Below, piece by piece: positions 1 to 11,369 of a DNA stretch of 64,000 nt; the stretch's first letter is position 1, and each line of letters starts with the position of its first letter. The position numbers and the translations under genes are program-made. The DNA comes from an uncultured Clostridium sp. (lineage in GTDB: Bacteria > Bacillota > Clostridia > TANB77 > CAG-508), in contig CAMFER010000002.1 of the NCBI GenBank assembly GCA_945949485.1, forward strand, positions 18,761 to 82,760. Direction: 5' to 3'. The notes under the pieces are model-generated. The model worked only from the letters and a program-made list of their open reading frames with translations. It was not told the DNA's origin and did no database searches.

Positions 1-1069
1 GTCCAACTGGAATATTATGGGTTTTAGCATAATGGATAAAATCCCAAACTATAAGAAAATAATCCACATAGCCCATCTTTTTGATAATACCTATTTCATA
101 CTCAGCTCTATCTAAAATTTCTTGACTTGGATTTTCACCATATCTTTTCTTTATTCCATCATCACATAATTTCTTAAAATAATCAAAATGTGTTGGAAAT
201 TCTTCAGGTACATCATAATTTGGAAGTATAGTATGTCCAAACTCAAACTCAACATTACATTTATCAGCAATCTTAACAGTATTTTCAATCGCATCTGGAA
301 AAGCTTTAAAATATTCAATCATTTCTTCTGGTGATTTTACATATAACTCATCAGTTTCAAATCTCATTCGATCTACATCACTCATTCTCTTTCCAGTTTG
401 AATACAAAGAAGAACTTCATGATTATATGCATCTTCTTTTTTCAAATAATGAGCATCATTTGTAGCTGCAAGAGGAATATCTAGTTTTCTTGCAAGCTTT
501 ACTAATCTTTGATTTGCTAAAACTTGTTCTCTGATTCCGTTATTTTGAATCTCGATATAATAATCCTCACCAAAAATATCTTTATGCCATTTTGCAATTC
601 TTTCTGTTTCCTCCTCATTTCCGTTTAAAAGAGCTTGATTAACAGAACCAGCTAAACATCCGCTCAAACAAATTAATCCTTCATGATATTTTTCTAGAAT
701 TTCTAAATCAATACGAGGTTTATAATAATATCCATCTAAAAATCCTAAAGAAACTAATTTACTAAGATTCTTATATCCTTGATTGTTTTTAGCAAGTAAA
801 ATCAAATGATAATATTTATTATCAATATTTGGTTCTTTATCAAACCTACTTCTAGGAGCTACATACACCTCACAACCTATAATAGGTTTTACCCCCTCAC
901 TTTTACAAGCTTTATAAAAATCAATAGCACCATACATAACCCCATGGTCAGTTATAGCTATTGCATCCATACCTAACTCTTTCGCTCTTTTGGGTAAATC
1001 CTTAATTCTATTAGCACCATCTAGCAAACTAAATTCACTATGTATATGTAAATGCACAAAATTAGACAT
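1..1069 (-). CDS. dnaE: DNA polymerase III alpha subunit, N-terminal part with PHP domain; the rest of the gene lies beyond the window edge
   Basis: Reverse-strand translation starts MSNFVHLHIHSEFSLLDGA...DHGVMYGAIDFYKAC (PHP domain), followed by the typical DnaE continuation. RBS GGAGG sits upstream of the ATG at 1069. No stop before position 1. Confidence 0.85.
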   Translation of the reverse strand, partial: MSNFVHLHIHSEFSLLDGANRIKDLPKRAKELGMDAIAITDHGVMYGAIDFYKACKSEGVKPIIGCEVYVAPRSRFDKEPNIDNKYYHLILLAKNNQGYKNLSKLVSLGFLDGYYYKPRIDLEILEKYHEGLICLSGCLAGSVNQALLNGNEEETERIAKWHKDIFGEDYYIEIQNNGIREQVLANQRLVKLARKLDIPLAATNDAHYLKKEDAYNHEVLLCIQTGKRMSDVDRMRFETDELYVKSPEEMIEYFKAFPDAIENTVKIADKCNVEFEFGHTILPNYDVPEEFPTHFDYFKKLCDDGIKKRYGENPSQEILDRAEYEIGIIKKMGYVDYFLIVWDFIHYAKTHNIPVG

Positions 1070-1248
1070 CCTTTTCCTCCTTTTGGGACAGGTCCCTTTG
1101 AGACATTTTGTCCACTTTGGGACACATCTATTAATAATTCTCTTACTTATAGTGTTTTGATTATATCATTATTTTTCTTTAATTTCTATTGTTTTATTTA
1201 ATTTTTTCTTATATAATATTTTTAAAATAAAAAGAGAGGAGCTTTTTT

Positions 1249-1912
1249 ATGGATAATGAATTAGATGTCCAAAATAAGATTTTTGGAAAAACATTTTTCT
1301 GGATGTTTTTAGGCCTTTTAGGTTCTGCAATTATTGCATGGTATACATATTCATCTGGACTATTTATTGATATCGTCCTAGGAGATTATTTTTCTTTACT
1401 TCTAATTTTAGAAGTAGTTGTAGTACTGCTTTTCAGTTTTCTATTTAGAAAATTATCACCAACCGTAGTTCGGAATACTATATTTTGTATATGCAATGCT
1501 AAATGGTGTTACTTTATCAGTTATATTTGCAGTATTTGAATTAACATCAATAATTACTTTATTTATAGTATCTGCATTAATATATGCAGTATTGGCTTTG
1601 ATAGGATATAAGACAAGTGCTAACTTAAGTTCATGGTCACCATATATAACTGTATTTTTAATTGCAGGAATCTTACTTAGTGTAGTTAATTTATTTATTG
1701 GAAATTCTTTATTAGACATTATCTTAGATTGGTTTATTTTAATCTTGTTTATGGGAATTACTATTTATGATATTAATAAAATTAAATTCCTTCAAGAAGA
1801 GCCTAATATAAATCAAGAAAAAATCCATATATATTGTGCTATGCAACTTTATTTAGATTTTATAAATATTTTCTTAAGAATCCTTTCTATATTTGGAAAG
1901 AGGAGAAGTTAA
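1249..1912 (+). CDS. Bax inhibitor-1/YccA family membrane protein; needs a +1 shift at in-frame CGG 1471-1473
   Basis: Track ORFs 1249..1539 and 1496..1912 are one multi-TM protein with the BI-1 C-terminal motif QLYLDFINIFLRIL. Frame changes at GTT CGG A, giving ...KLSPTVV-GILYFVYAMLNG. Confidence 0.7.
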
Positions 1913-1916
1913 AAGT

Positions 1917-1947
1917 AAGCAGGTTTAGAATAGCTAAACCTGCTTTA
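1917..1947. terminator. bidirectional rho-independent terminator between convergent genes
   Basis: Perfect hairpin GCAGGTTTAG-aata-CTAAACCTGC followed by a T-run. Confidence 0.6.
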
Positions 1948-1948
1948 A

Positions 1949-3391
1949 TTATGCCTCTATCCACACAGATAAAGATTTTTCTTTTACTTTAAAATTTCCG
2001 AATCCTTCATTATCTATTATTACTTCTTCAGTACATTTTTCCATACTGTCTATAAACTTCTCTCCTGCATATTTTTCTCCAATATACATTCTTTTTTCAT
2101 TATCCCCTTTATTTGAAATTACAACAGCTAATCCTGATTTCAAATGTTCTTCATCTCCTTCAAAAGTCCATCCTATGCAATTAGGGTTATCAAAATAATC
2201 ATGAAGATTCCCATATGCTTTTTCTTTTCTTAAATCTAATAGTGTTTTTAATTCTTTCACAGAACCTATATTATTATTTGATATCCCGTAAAAATCTCCA
2301 TAAAACACACATGGATAACCTGTATCTCGTAATAGTATTAAAGCATAAGCAGATGGTTTAAACCATTCTTTCACAAAACTTTCTAAACTTTGTCCTGGCT
2401 GTGTATCATGATTATCAACAAATGTCACTGCTTTACTTGAATTCTCTTTTACTAAAGTATGTTCAAATATTTTACTTAAATCATAATTTTCGTCATTTGA
2501 TGCATTAAATAAGTTGTAATGTAACGGAACATCAAAAAGTGATATTTCTCCTTCTGTCTCTGTGATATATCTATGTAATTTTGACACATCTCCACTCCAA
2601 TATTCTCCAACTGTAAATAATTCATCTTCTGTTTCTTTTCTTAAAGTTCTAATCCATTCTCTATAAAAGTCTGCATTTATATGTTTTACTGCATCTAATC
2701 TAAATCCATTAACTTTAGTTGTTTCTAAATACCATTTTCCCCAATTTGTGCATTCTTCCACAACTTCAGGATTTTTAAAATCAATATCTGCTCCCATTAA
2801 ATAATCGTAATTTCCAAATTCTTCATCAACAGCTTCACTCCAATTTTTGTCTTTAAATTTAAAAATTGCATGTTCTTTTGTTTTATCATTATAGTCTATA
2901 CCATCAAAATGAGTCCAATTCCATTCAAAATCAGAATATTTATGCTTTCTTCCTGGAAAAGTAAATTTAGTTGCAACTCTTACTATTTCTTGATTTGATA
3001 TATCTTGGTTGTGATTTTCCCAATCTACTTTGGTAGCCGGTATTGTCTGTAACATATCTGCTCCCATTTTGTGATTTAAAACTATATCTGCATATGCTTC
3101 TATTCCATTTTGATTTAAAACTTGTATACAATTCAAATATTCTTCTTTAGAACCATATTTGGTTTTAATTGTTCCTTTTTGGTCAAACTCTCCTAAATCA
3201 TATACATCATAAACTCCATATCCAACTTCATCTTTACCGCCCATTCCTTTATATGCTGGCGGAAGCCATAAAGCTGTTATTCCTAGATCTGCAAGTTTTG
3301 GTGCCTCCTCTGCTACTTTATTCCATAAATTTTGATTGCACTGCATATACCATTCAAAATATTGCATTATTATTCCATTTATTTTCTTCAT
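1949..3391 (-). CDS. amyA: cytoplasmic alpha-amylase, GH13
   Basis: 480 aa. Opens MQYFEWY and carries GH13 catalytic-region motifs (GFRLDAVKHI, EYWS, FVDNHD). Confidence 0.9.
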   Translation of the reverse strand: MKKINGIIMQYFEWYMQCNQNLWNKVAEEAPKLADLGITALWLPPAYKGMGGKDEVGYGVYDVYDLGEFDQKGTIKTKYGSKEEYLNCIQVLNQNGIEAYADIVLNHKMGADMLQTIPATKVDWENHNQDISNQEIVRVATKFTFPGRKHKYSDFEWNWTHFDGIDYNDKTKEHAIFKFKDKNWSEAVDEEFGNYDYLMGADIDFKNPEVVEECTNWGKWYLETTKVNGFRLDAVKHINADFYREWIRTLRKETEDELFTVGEYWSGDVSKLHRYITETEGEISLFDVPLHYNLFNASNDENYDLSKIFEHTLVKENSSKAVTFVDNHDTQPGQSLESFVKEWFKPSAYALILLRDTGYPCVFYGDFYGISNNNIGSVKELKTLLDLRKEKAYGNLHDYFDNPNCIGWTFEGDEEHLKSGLAVVISNKGDNEKRMYIGEKYAGEKFIDSMEKCTEEVIIDNEGFGNFKVKEKSLSVWIEA

Positions 3392-3502
3392 ATTTTTTCT
3401 CCATTATCTAATAAACTTCACTTAGATTATATCATATTTATATATGATTTGACATTTTTTTCACTTTTAATTATAATTATTTTTTGAAAGGAAGCGATAA
3501 AT

Positions 3503-3922
3503 TTGAAATATACATATGAAAGAAAAATAAATTATTACGAAACAGACAAAATGGGTGTTGTTCATCACTCAAACTATATTAGATTTTTAGAGGAAGCTAG
3601 ATGTTACTGGCTAGAAAGTTTAGGTATGCCATTTGCTTCTTTTGAAGAAAATGATGTAACTATTCCTGTTTTAGAAGTTAATTGTACTTATAAGCATCAT
3701 GTAACTTTCGGTGACACTTTATTAATTAATGTTATTGTTAAAGAATATTCTGGTGTCAGAATGACTGTATCTTATGAAGTTTTGAATAAAGAAACTAACC
3801 AACCCGTTATTTTTGCTGAAACAAAACATTGTTTTACAAATAGAAATTTAAAACCTATTAATCTAAAAAAATATATACCTGAATATGATGAGAAATTTAG
3901 AAAACTTAAAGCAGAGAATTAA
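3503..3922 (+). CDS. acyl-CoA thioesterase, YbgC/4HBT hotdog-fold family
   Basis: 139 aa with YYETDKMGVVHHSNYIRFLEEAR. TTG start preceded by GAAAGGAAG. Confidence 0.8.
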   Translation: MKYTYERKINYYETDKMGVVHHSNYIRFLEEARCYWLESLGMPFASFEENDVTIPVLEVNCTYKHHVTFGDTLLINVIVKEYSGVRMTVSYEVLNKETNQPVIFAETKHCFTNRNLKPINLKKYIPEYDEKFRKLKAEN

Positions 3923-4056
3923 TCTCTGTTTTTTTATATACTTTTTCTTTCTATAATATAAAAATCCTTAAAAACACTTTATTTTACTTTAAAAATATGA
4001 TAAAATACAGTAAATTTTAAAAGTATTTGTCAAAAGATGAAATGGAGGAAATTAAA

Positions 4057-4353
4057 ATGGAATTCAATAAATGTAGTAGATGTGGGAGTTTTTATGTATC
4101 TGACGGGAATGTTTGCCCTAAATGTAGTGCAAAAGATGGTTTTGAATTTTCAACATTTATTTCTTATGTAGAAGAAAATGGGTTTCAAAATTCTTTAGAT
4201 ACAATTTCTAATGAAACAGGAATATCTATAAAAAATCTTAATCGTTTTGTTAAATATAATGAATTTAAAGGATATAAAAAAGCTTTTAATGAAGGAATAC
4301 AAAATATTGATAACAACAATAATCAAGGATTTAATGGGATTACTTTTAATTAA
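4057..4353 (+). CDS. YvyF-like zinc-ribbon protein (CxxC...CPxC plus HTH-like segment)
   Basis: CSRCG...CPKC followed by ISNETGISIKNLNRFV. ATG at 4057 has GGAGG 8 nt upstream. Confidence 0.45.
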   Translation: MEFNKCSRCGSFYVSDGNVCPKCSAKDGFEFSTFISYVEENGFQNSLDTISNETGISIKNLNRFVKYNEFKGYKKAFNEGIQNIDNNNNQGFNGITFN

Positions 4354-4382
4354 TATTTATTTAAGGAAGGACGTAATATTTT

Positions 4383-5598
4383 ATGGAAAATGTATTTGAT
4401 ATTTTAGAAGAAAGAGGATATATTGAACAATTAACTCATCCTAAAGAAATAAAAGAATTATTTGGAAAAGAATCTGTACCATTTTATATTGGTATAGATC
4501 CTACAGCTGATAGTTTGCATGTTGGACACTTTGTTTCTTTAATGGTTGCAAGTCATATGCAAAAACATGGTCATAAACCAATTATCTTAGTTGGTGGTGG
4601 TACTGCAACAATCGGTGATCCATCTCGGAAAAACTGATATGAGAAAAATGCTAACAAGAGAAGAAATTAATCATAATGTTGATTGTTTGAAAAAACAAAT
4701 AGAAAAATTTGTTAGCTTTGAAGGTGATAATGCTGCAATAATTGTAAATAATGCTGATTGGTTATTAGATTTAAAATTTGTTGATTTTGTTAGAGAAATT
4801 GGTAGTCTATTTTCAGTTAACAAAATGCTTGCTGCTGAATGTTATAAACAAAGATTAGAAACAGGTTTAACCTTCTTTGAAATGAGTTATATGTTAATGC
4901 AATCATATGATTTTTGGTACTTATATAATAAATATGGTTGTAAATTAGAAATGGGTGGAAATGACCAATGGTCTAACATCATTGGTGGTGTTGAACTTAT
5001 TAGAAAAATTGGAAAAGATGATTCTTTTGGGTTAACATTTAAGCTTCTAACTACAAAAGAAGGTAAAAAAATGGGTAAAACAGAAAAAGGAGCTCTATGG
5101 CTTGATCCTAACAAAACATCTCCTTATGAATTCTATCAATATTGGAGAAATATTGAAGATGAAAGTGTTGGAACTGTTTTAAAAATGCTTACTTTCTTAC
5201 CTGTTGAAGAAATAAATAGATTAGCAATTTTAAAAGATGAAAAAATAAATGAAGCCAAAAAAATAGCTGCTTTTGAAATAACTAAATTAATTCATGGTGA
5301 AGAAGAAGCAAAAAAAGCTGAAGAAGCTTCAAACGCTTTGTTCAGTGGTAAAGGTAACTTAGATAATATGCCTACAACAAAATTAGAAGATAAGAATATT
5401 AGTATATTGGATGCTATGATTAAAGTTGGAATTGCTCCTTCAAAAGGACAAGCTAGAACTTTAATTAATCAAGGTGGTGTTTCTTTAAATGATGAAAAAA
5501 TAAGTGATACCAATTATGTTCTTTCAGATGACGACTTTAAAGATGGATATGCTATCTTGAAAAAAGGCAAAAAAGTTTTTCATAAATTAACTTATTAA
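4383..5598 (+). CDS. tyrS: tyrosyl-tRNA synthetase; needs a +1 shift at in-frame CGG 4626-4628
   Basis: HVGH and KMGKT motifs. ORFs 4383..4637 and 4591..5598 join at TCT CGG A, giving [15 protein letters not shown], the conserved GDPSGK motif. Confidence 0.85.
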
Positions 5599-5608
5599 AC
5601 CAAAAAAA

Positions 5609-5647
5609 GAAAGATTTGATATATGATATTAAATCTTTCTTTTTCTT
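5609..5647. terminator. bidirectional rho-independent terminator
   Basis: AAAGAAAGATTT-13nt-AAATCTTTCTTT hairpin followed by a T-run, between tyrS and nnrD. Confidence 0.55.
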
Positions 5648-5660
5648 TATTGTTATAAAT

Positions 5661-6540
5661 TTATTTTTCTCTAATAAGATTGATTGCTTCTGGAATTTTC
5701 TTAATTGTATCAGATGCTATCATTGATATATCATTTTTATCTTTTTGAGCTAACTCACCAGCCATTCCAGCTAGATATGCTCCTCCTGCTATTGTTTTAA
5801 CATTTATTTCATTATATCCTAATAATCCTGATAATATTCCTGATAATACATCACCACTTCCAGCTGTGGCCATGCCAGGACAACCTCTATCAACAATATA
5901 TCCCCTTTCTCCATCTGTTACTATTGTTTTATTTCCTTTTAAAAGTAACACTATTCCATATTTTTTAGCAAACTCTTTTGCATAAGTTTCAGGAGATTTT
6001 TTTATTTCATCCATAGGAATACTACTTAATCTTTCAAATTCTTTCAAATGAGGAGTAAGTACAATCTTGCACTTTGTTTTATTTAAAATTGATTTATCTA
6101 ATTTAGCTAATATATTTAACCCATCTGCATCAATTAAAACTTTAATCTCATAATTTTCTAAAATATATTCTAGAATCTTTCCGTTCTCTTTTCCTTCTCC
6201 CCATCCCATTCCTATAGCTAATACTTTTAATTTTGACAAAGCTTTATCAATTTGTTCTTTATCAAATTTCATAAATCCATATTTGTCAGATTCTATTGGA
6301 AATAGTGTTTGTTCTAATAAATATGGTGCTATATAATCTACTATTTTATCAGGCACAATCACTCTTACTACTCCGACATCCGCTCACAAGACTTGATAAA
6401 CTTAAGTTTGCAAGTTTTATCGCACCTGAATAATTAATACATCCTCCCAATATTCCTACATAACCAAAATCACCTTTATTACAATCTTCTTTTCTTATTT
6501 TTACTAAATCTTTTATATCTTCTTTATTTAATAAATTCAT
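5661..6540 (-). CDS. nnrD: ADP-dependent NAD(P)H-hydrate dehydratase (YjeF C-terminal domain); needs a +1 shift at CGG (plus-strand CCG 6373-6375)
   Basis: KGDFGYVGILGG...GAIKLA in the N-terminal ORF and PGMATAGSGDVLSG in the C-terminal ORF. Junction TGT CGG A gives SLVSGC-GVVRVIVPD. Confidence 0.8.
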
Positions 6541-6656
6541 ATTTCATCGCCTCTTTAGTTAGATTATATATATTTTTTTTAAAATAGTCAATGATACAAA
6601 AAGACCTAAAATTCTACAAAATAAGTGCAAAAAATTGATACAAAACGTTCCTGGAA

Positions 6657-6960
6657 TTATCTGTTTCTTTCTACTATCTCTACTATATCTGCTATATATT
6701 CTCCGTATAATTGGGATATTTAGTGTAACTATTTTTTGCATAAAAAATATTAATATTGCAGTAATTATTGTAACTCCTATTCCGATACCTATTCCTCTTG
6801 ATATTCCTGCTAATAAGTTTCTTTTTATTATTTCTCTTTTATTTCCTAGTATATATGTCAATTCTATTAAATTTCCTTCCAGTAATATTTTACTTAATTT
6901 ATCTGTTAGAATTTCATTTATTTTTATTAATTTATTAACTTTTTTACTTTTTATTATCAT
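6657..6960 (-). CDS. small membrane protein (DUF5665-like, GIGIGIG glycine-zipper TM); needs a +1 shift at CGG (CCG 6703-6705)
   Basis: After ATA CGG A the +1 frame gives a short acidic C-terminus (GEYIADIVEIVERNR) ending at 6657. The zero-frame readthrough is low-complexity and runs into the nnrD promoter/RBS region. Confidence 0.45.
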
Positions 6961-7032
6961 AAAAAATCCACCTATGTTTATGGTGGATTTTTTAGTTGAT
7001 TTTTATTCATTTATATTCTAATCTATTATAAG

Positions 7033-9909
7033 CTATTCATTTATATTTTGATTTGTTTGATTTTCTAGTATTTCATTGTTTGTATTTATATCTATAATAT
7101 CTGTCTCATTTGTATTTTGTTTTTCTAATTCTTCTTTCTTCTTATCTTCTTCCTCTTTCACTGTCTCTAATGAAGTAATTAAATCTTGCAATTTTTTAAT
7201 ATCCTTACCCATCATTTCCCAATCATTATTTTGATTTGATTCAGTTAAGTTTTTATTTGCTTTTATTATAGCTTCTATTAATCCATCTAAGTCTTCTGTA
7301 TTTTCTACTTCAATATTTATTGCATATTTTGAAAGTAAATTTTCTAATGCAAATTGTAAATCATTTCCTATTGCAACTTTACTTCCTGAAGCTACTATCA
7401 CTTTTTTTAGAACTGGTATATCTGATTCATTTAACATTGTTTGATATATTGGTTCCACATAAAGTAATGTATTATTAATTGGAACTATTATCATTTGTTT
7501 TGTTAATTTAGTTCCCGTTGTATTCTTTAATACTTCAAGTTCTGCTGATATTGCTTCATCTTCTTCTATTTGTTTATCTAATTGCATTGGTCCAACTATA
7601 TTACTATCTGCAGAGAATTTGTATAATTCTAATTTGTTTACCCCATTTTCTGTAGTACCCACTAAATATGATATTAAACTTTGCTTTTCATATTGAGTAT
7701 ACATTTGTACTAAACCAAATTCTTCTCCATCCTCTGTTTTTAACATTGTATAATATGGTTCCATATATGTTCCTGTAGATTTTGTTGAACTTGTTGTATT
7801 ATATTTTGCAATATCCCATAAGTCATCTGCTCTATATAACACATCTGGTTTTACATTATGATATGCTTTTAATACTCCTGCTTGTACATTATATAAGAAT
7901 TGTGGATATACAAAATGTTCTGATATATCTTCTGGTATCGTTTCATCTTTATCCATAAATAATTCTGGATATATCTTTTCATATGCCATAATTATTGGGT
8001 CATTTCTATCTGTTATATAATATGATACTGTTCCATCATATGCATCTATTAATACTTTCACAGAATTTCTTATATAGTTTATGTTCTCTTTTATATTGTC
8101 ATGTTCTATACTTGTATATTGAGAATATGGATAACAATTAGATACTGTGTATCCATCTATAACCCATACAATTCTTCCATCATCTGTTACAACAGTATAT
8201 GGTTCTCCATCATATATTAAATATGGTAAAGATTTTTTAGCTCTAGAAATTATTTCCCTATTTATTAATATTTTACTGTCATCTGTCATTTCTCCTGAAA
8301 AGGCTAAATTTATATCTCCTTTTGTTATTCCTAGAATCAACCTATCTAAGAAATTTAATTCAAGTCCTGCTTGTCCATCATATGTTGATGTTTGATCAAT
8401 TCCATTTTCGTCAGTGTAATCATATTCTTGTTTATTTTTAGCATTTGTTGCAACTGTTTCCTTTGTCTCTAATCCGAAGTATATGCGTGGTTCTTCAATA
8501 TTTATTTTTTCATCTTGTCCTGAGGCTTCTTTTTGTATGTATTTAATATTTCCATCTTCACTTGTCTGAGTAGCATCAACTACAACTTCTCCCATTCCGT
8601 GAGTATATTCATATGTTTTATTATTATATGTTCTTCCTGAACTTGTTATTTCTCTTGGAGCTAGATAAACTAACTTATCTGTTCCATTAATTTCATATTT
8701 AGAAAGATTAGCACTTCTATATGAATAATAACCTGTACCTGTTTGTTTATCCGATAATGTTGTTAAAACTACATCTTGTGTTACAATAGGAATATTATTT
8801 ATTACATTTTTAGCTTCATTTACTTCTTCTGTTGTAATTGTTCCTGAATTATCTAAGTTTGTTTCATCTATATTGATATTATATGCATTTTTCGTGTTTC
8901 TTATATTTTCTGAAATGAATTCTTTTTCCTTATCTAATTCGTTTGAACTTACAAATATTAAGTCAAATGCCATCATGGCAATAAACAATACAACTAAATA
9001 TGCTGGTATAACTGCTAAATTTTTTAACACTTTACTTGTATTTTCCTCTTTTACAGCTTTTAACGCTCTATATACAAATATTACAATTACAAATGCAAAA
9101 ATTACATATCCCCATAATTGAATTGTACTTTCTGTCAATCCTGCTCCTACAACCTCTAATTCATTATTAACTGTTAATATTTTTCCAAACATTATACTTT
9201 GAACATTTAATACTGTAATTAAAACAATTCCAATTGCTATCATAAATATATTTCTTAGGAGCTTTTTCATGAATAAGCTTTGCTTTAGCATTTTTCCATC
9301 AATACCATCGAAATATCTATTAAATATTATTACATAGTACAATGCCATATATAATGTTAAACCTACAAATAAGAAAATAAAATACGTAACTATTGCTTCT
9401 AATAATGGTTTTATAAATACATAATATGATATATCTAATCTAAATATTGGATCTTGCATTCCAAATGAAGTACTATTTATTGCAAGCATTATTTTTTGCA
9501 TAAATACTGCTGATATTATAATACTAACTATAGCTGATATCACTAAAGCTAACGATTTGTTTAGAAGTTTAGGAACTTCTTTTTTCTCTTTTTCAAAAAA
9601 TGGCTTTATTCCTTTTTTTATTCCTCTATTTGTAAAATAAATTATAATATATAGGAACACAAAATTAACTGCCATTATTGTATATTTGTACATTAAGTTT
9701 GTATAAAATACGCTTGTATATTTTTCCCCTAATTCTAAATATTCTAAATAATTCCCCCTTAGTTGAACATAACTTACTGCCGCAAAAATTATTAAAAATA
9801 ATATTACTAAAATCATTCTAAGCTTATAATTCTTTTTAGTTGGCTTTATTGTATCTTTAGTATTAGCTGTGTCCATAATTGTTTCTTGTTTTTTATTTTG
9901 TTCTTCCAC
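7033..9909 (-). CDS. UPF0182-family large membrane protein
   Basis: About 958 aa. N-terminal multi-TM region then a large extracytoplasmic domain. Probable GTG start at 9909 after AGGAGGT; the track ATG at 9930 lacks an RBS. Confidence 0.6.
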   Translation of the reverse strand: MEEQNKKQETIMDTANTKDTIKPTKKNYKLRMILVILFLIIFAAVSYVQLRGNYLEYLELGEKYTSVFYTNLMYKYTIMAVNFVFLYIIIYFTNRGIKKGIKPFFEKEKKEVPKLLNKSLALVISAIVSIIISAVFMQKIMLAINSTSFGMQDPIFRLDISYYVFIKPLLEAIVTYFIFLFVGLTLYMALYYVIIFNRYFDGIDGKMLKQSLFMKKLLRNIFMIAIGIVLITVLNVQSIMFGKILTVNNELEVVGAGLTESTIQLWGYVIFAFVIVIFVYRALKAVKEENTSKVLKNLAVIPAYLVVLFIAMMAFDLIFVSSNELDKEKEFISENIRNTKNAYNINIDETNLDNSGTITTEEVNEAKNVINNIPIVTQDVVLTTLSDKQTGTGYYSYRSANLSKYEINGTDKLVYLAPREITSSGRTYNNKTYEYTHGMGEVVVDATQTSEDGNIKYIQKEASGQDEKINIEEPRIYFGLETKETVATNAKNKQEYDYTDENGIDQTSTYDGQAGLELNFLDRLILGITKGDINLAFSGEMTDDSKILINREIISRAKKSLPYLIYDGEPYTVVTDDGRIVWVIDGYTVSNCYPYSQYTSIEHDNIKENINYIRNSVKVLIDAYDGTVSYYITDRNDPIIMAYEKIYPELFMDKDETIPEDISEHFVYPQFLYNVQAGVLKAYHNVKPDVLYRADDLWDIAKYNTTSSTKSTGTYMEPYYTMLKTEDGEEFGLVQMYTQYEKQSLISYLVGTTENGVNKLELYKFSADSNIVGPMQLDKQIEEDEAISAELEVLKNTTGTKLTKQMIIVPINNTLLYVEPIYQTMLNESDIPVLKKVIVASGSKVAIGNDLQFALENLLSKYAINIEVENTEDLDGLIEAIIKANKNLTESNQNNDWEMMGKDIKKLQDLITSLETVKEEEDKKKEELEKQNTNETDIIDINTNNEILENQTNQNINE

Positions 9910-9937
9910 TTTTTTACCTCCTATATTCATATATATT

Positions 9938-10843
9938 CTATATGATTGCCTTTACAAAGTCTTCTGAATTAAATATTTCCATGTCGTCAATTTGCTCTCC
10001 AACACCTATGAATTTCACAGGTATTTTATTTTCTTCTACAATTCCTATAACTACTCCGCCTTTTGCTGTTCCATCTAATTTTGTAAGCACTAACCCTGTT
10101 ATATCTGTCTCTTCTTTGAATGCTTTAACTTGAGATATTGCATTTTGACCTGTAGTTCCATCAATTACTAATAGGACTTCTCTATCAGCCTCTGACATTT
10201 CTTTATTTATTACTTTTTGTATTTTGTTTAATTCATCCATTAAATATTTTTTGTTATGTAATCTTCCTGCTGTATCAACAATTAATATATCTGCATTTTT
10301 TTCTCTTGTTATCTTTATTGCATCATATACAACAGATGCTGGGTCTACGCCCTCTTCCCTTTTTACTATATCGGCACCTGCTCGATTTGCCCATATCTCT
10401 AATTGTTCTACTGCTGCTGCTCTGAAAGTATCTGCTGCTGCAACAACAACTTTTTTTCCATCTTTTGCTAATCTATTTGCTATTTTTCCTATAGATGTTG
10501 TTTTTCCTACTCCATTTACTCCAACAACTAAAATCACTGATGGCTTTGTGTTTAGATGTAGATTTATATCTGTTACATCTAATATTTTTTTCATTTCTTC
10601 TCTTAATGCTCTTTTTACTTCTTCTTCATCTTTTATTTTTTCTTTTTTCATTCTGTCTCTTAAACTATTAATTATCTTTACAGATGTATCTAATCCTATA
10701 TCTGACATTATTAATATTTCTTCTAATTCTTCTAAGAAATCTTCATCAACCGTTCTGAAATTTTTAAATACATTATTTATTTTTTCATCAAAAGAATCTT
10801 TTGTTTTGTTTAATCCACTTTTTAACTTTTCAAAAAAGCCCAT
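9938..10843 (-). CDS. ftsY: signal recognition particle receptor FtsY
   Basis: NG-domain GTPase motifs GVNGVGKTT, DTAGR, TKLDG. Confidence 0.92.
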   Translation of the reverse strand: MGFFEKLKSGLNKTKDSFDEKINNVFKNFRTVDEDFLEELEEILIMSDIGLDTSVKIINSLRDRMKKEKIKDEEEVKRALREEMKKILDVTDINLHLNTKPSVILVVGVNGVGKTTSIGKIANRLAKDGKKVVVAAADTFRAAAVEQLEIWANRAGADIVKREEGVDPASVVYDAIKITREKNADILIVDTAGRLHNKKYLMDELNKIQKVINKEMSEADREVLLVIDGTTGQNAISQVKAFKEETDITGLVLTKLDGTAKGGVVIGIVEENKIPVKFIGVGEQIDDMEIFNSEDFVKAII

Positions 10844-11041
10844 ATCTTTTTCCTTTCATATTTTAATTTGCATATACATTTTAACATATTTTCCCTAAAA
10901 GGTATACATATATTTGTAATTTTTTTCTATTTATTAGCTATTTCGTAGATTTTTTATATCTCATATATGTATTATTTTTTTATCTTTTATATTAATTTGC
11001 TTTTGTATAAAAAAACAGCTTATTAAATTAATATTTAATAA

Positions 11042-11125
<84 letters not shown>

Positions 11126-11240
11126 ATATTTTCTCCTGACAGTTATAAATTATAAATGTTTTTGTCTATTTTGTCAATACTTATTTTAAATTTTTTATAG
11201 TTTTTTGTATCCTTTATTATTCTATGCTTAAAAACTTTTT

Positions 11241-11316
11241 TGGTGCCAACAGGCAGAATCGAACTGCCGACCTACGGGTTACGAATCCGTTGCTCTACCA
11301 ACTGAGCTATATTGGC
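11241..11316 (-). tRNA. tRNA-Thr(CGU)
   Basis: GCCAATATAGCTCAGTTGGTAGAGC... with anticodon loop UUCGUAA. CCA encoded. One A-C mismatch at the base of the anticodon stem. Confidence 0.75.
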
Positions 11317-11369
11317 ATATATATGGTACGATATTTTTATTGTATCATATATTTTTATTTTTTTCTATT

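Noticed and set aside
4354-4382. Searched for a T-box leader upstream of tyrS
   Set aside because: Only 29 bp separate the upstream gene from tyrS, and no T-box/specifier structure is recognisable in 3923..4382.
10224-10898. 224-aa plus-strand ORF
   Set aside because: It is antisense to ftsY, with a Ser/Phe-rich low-complexity translation.
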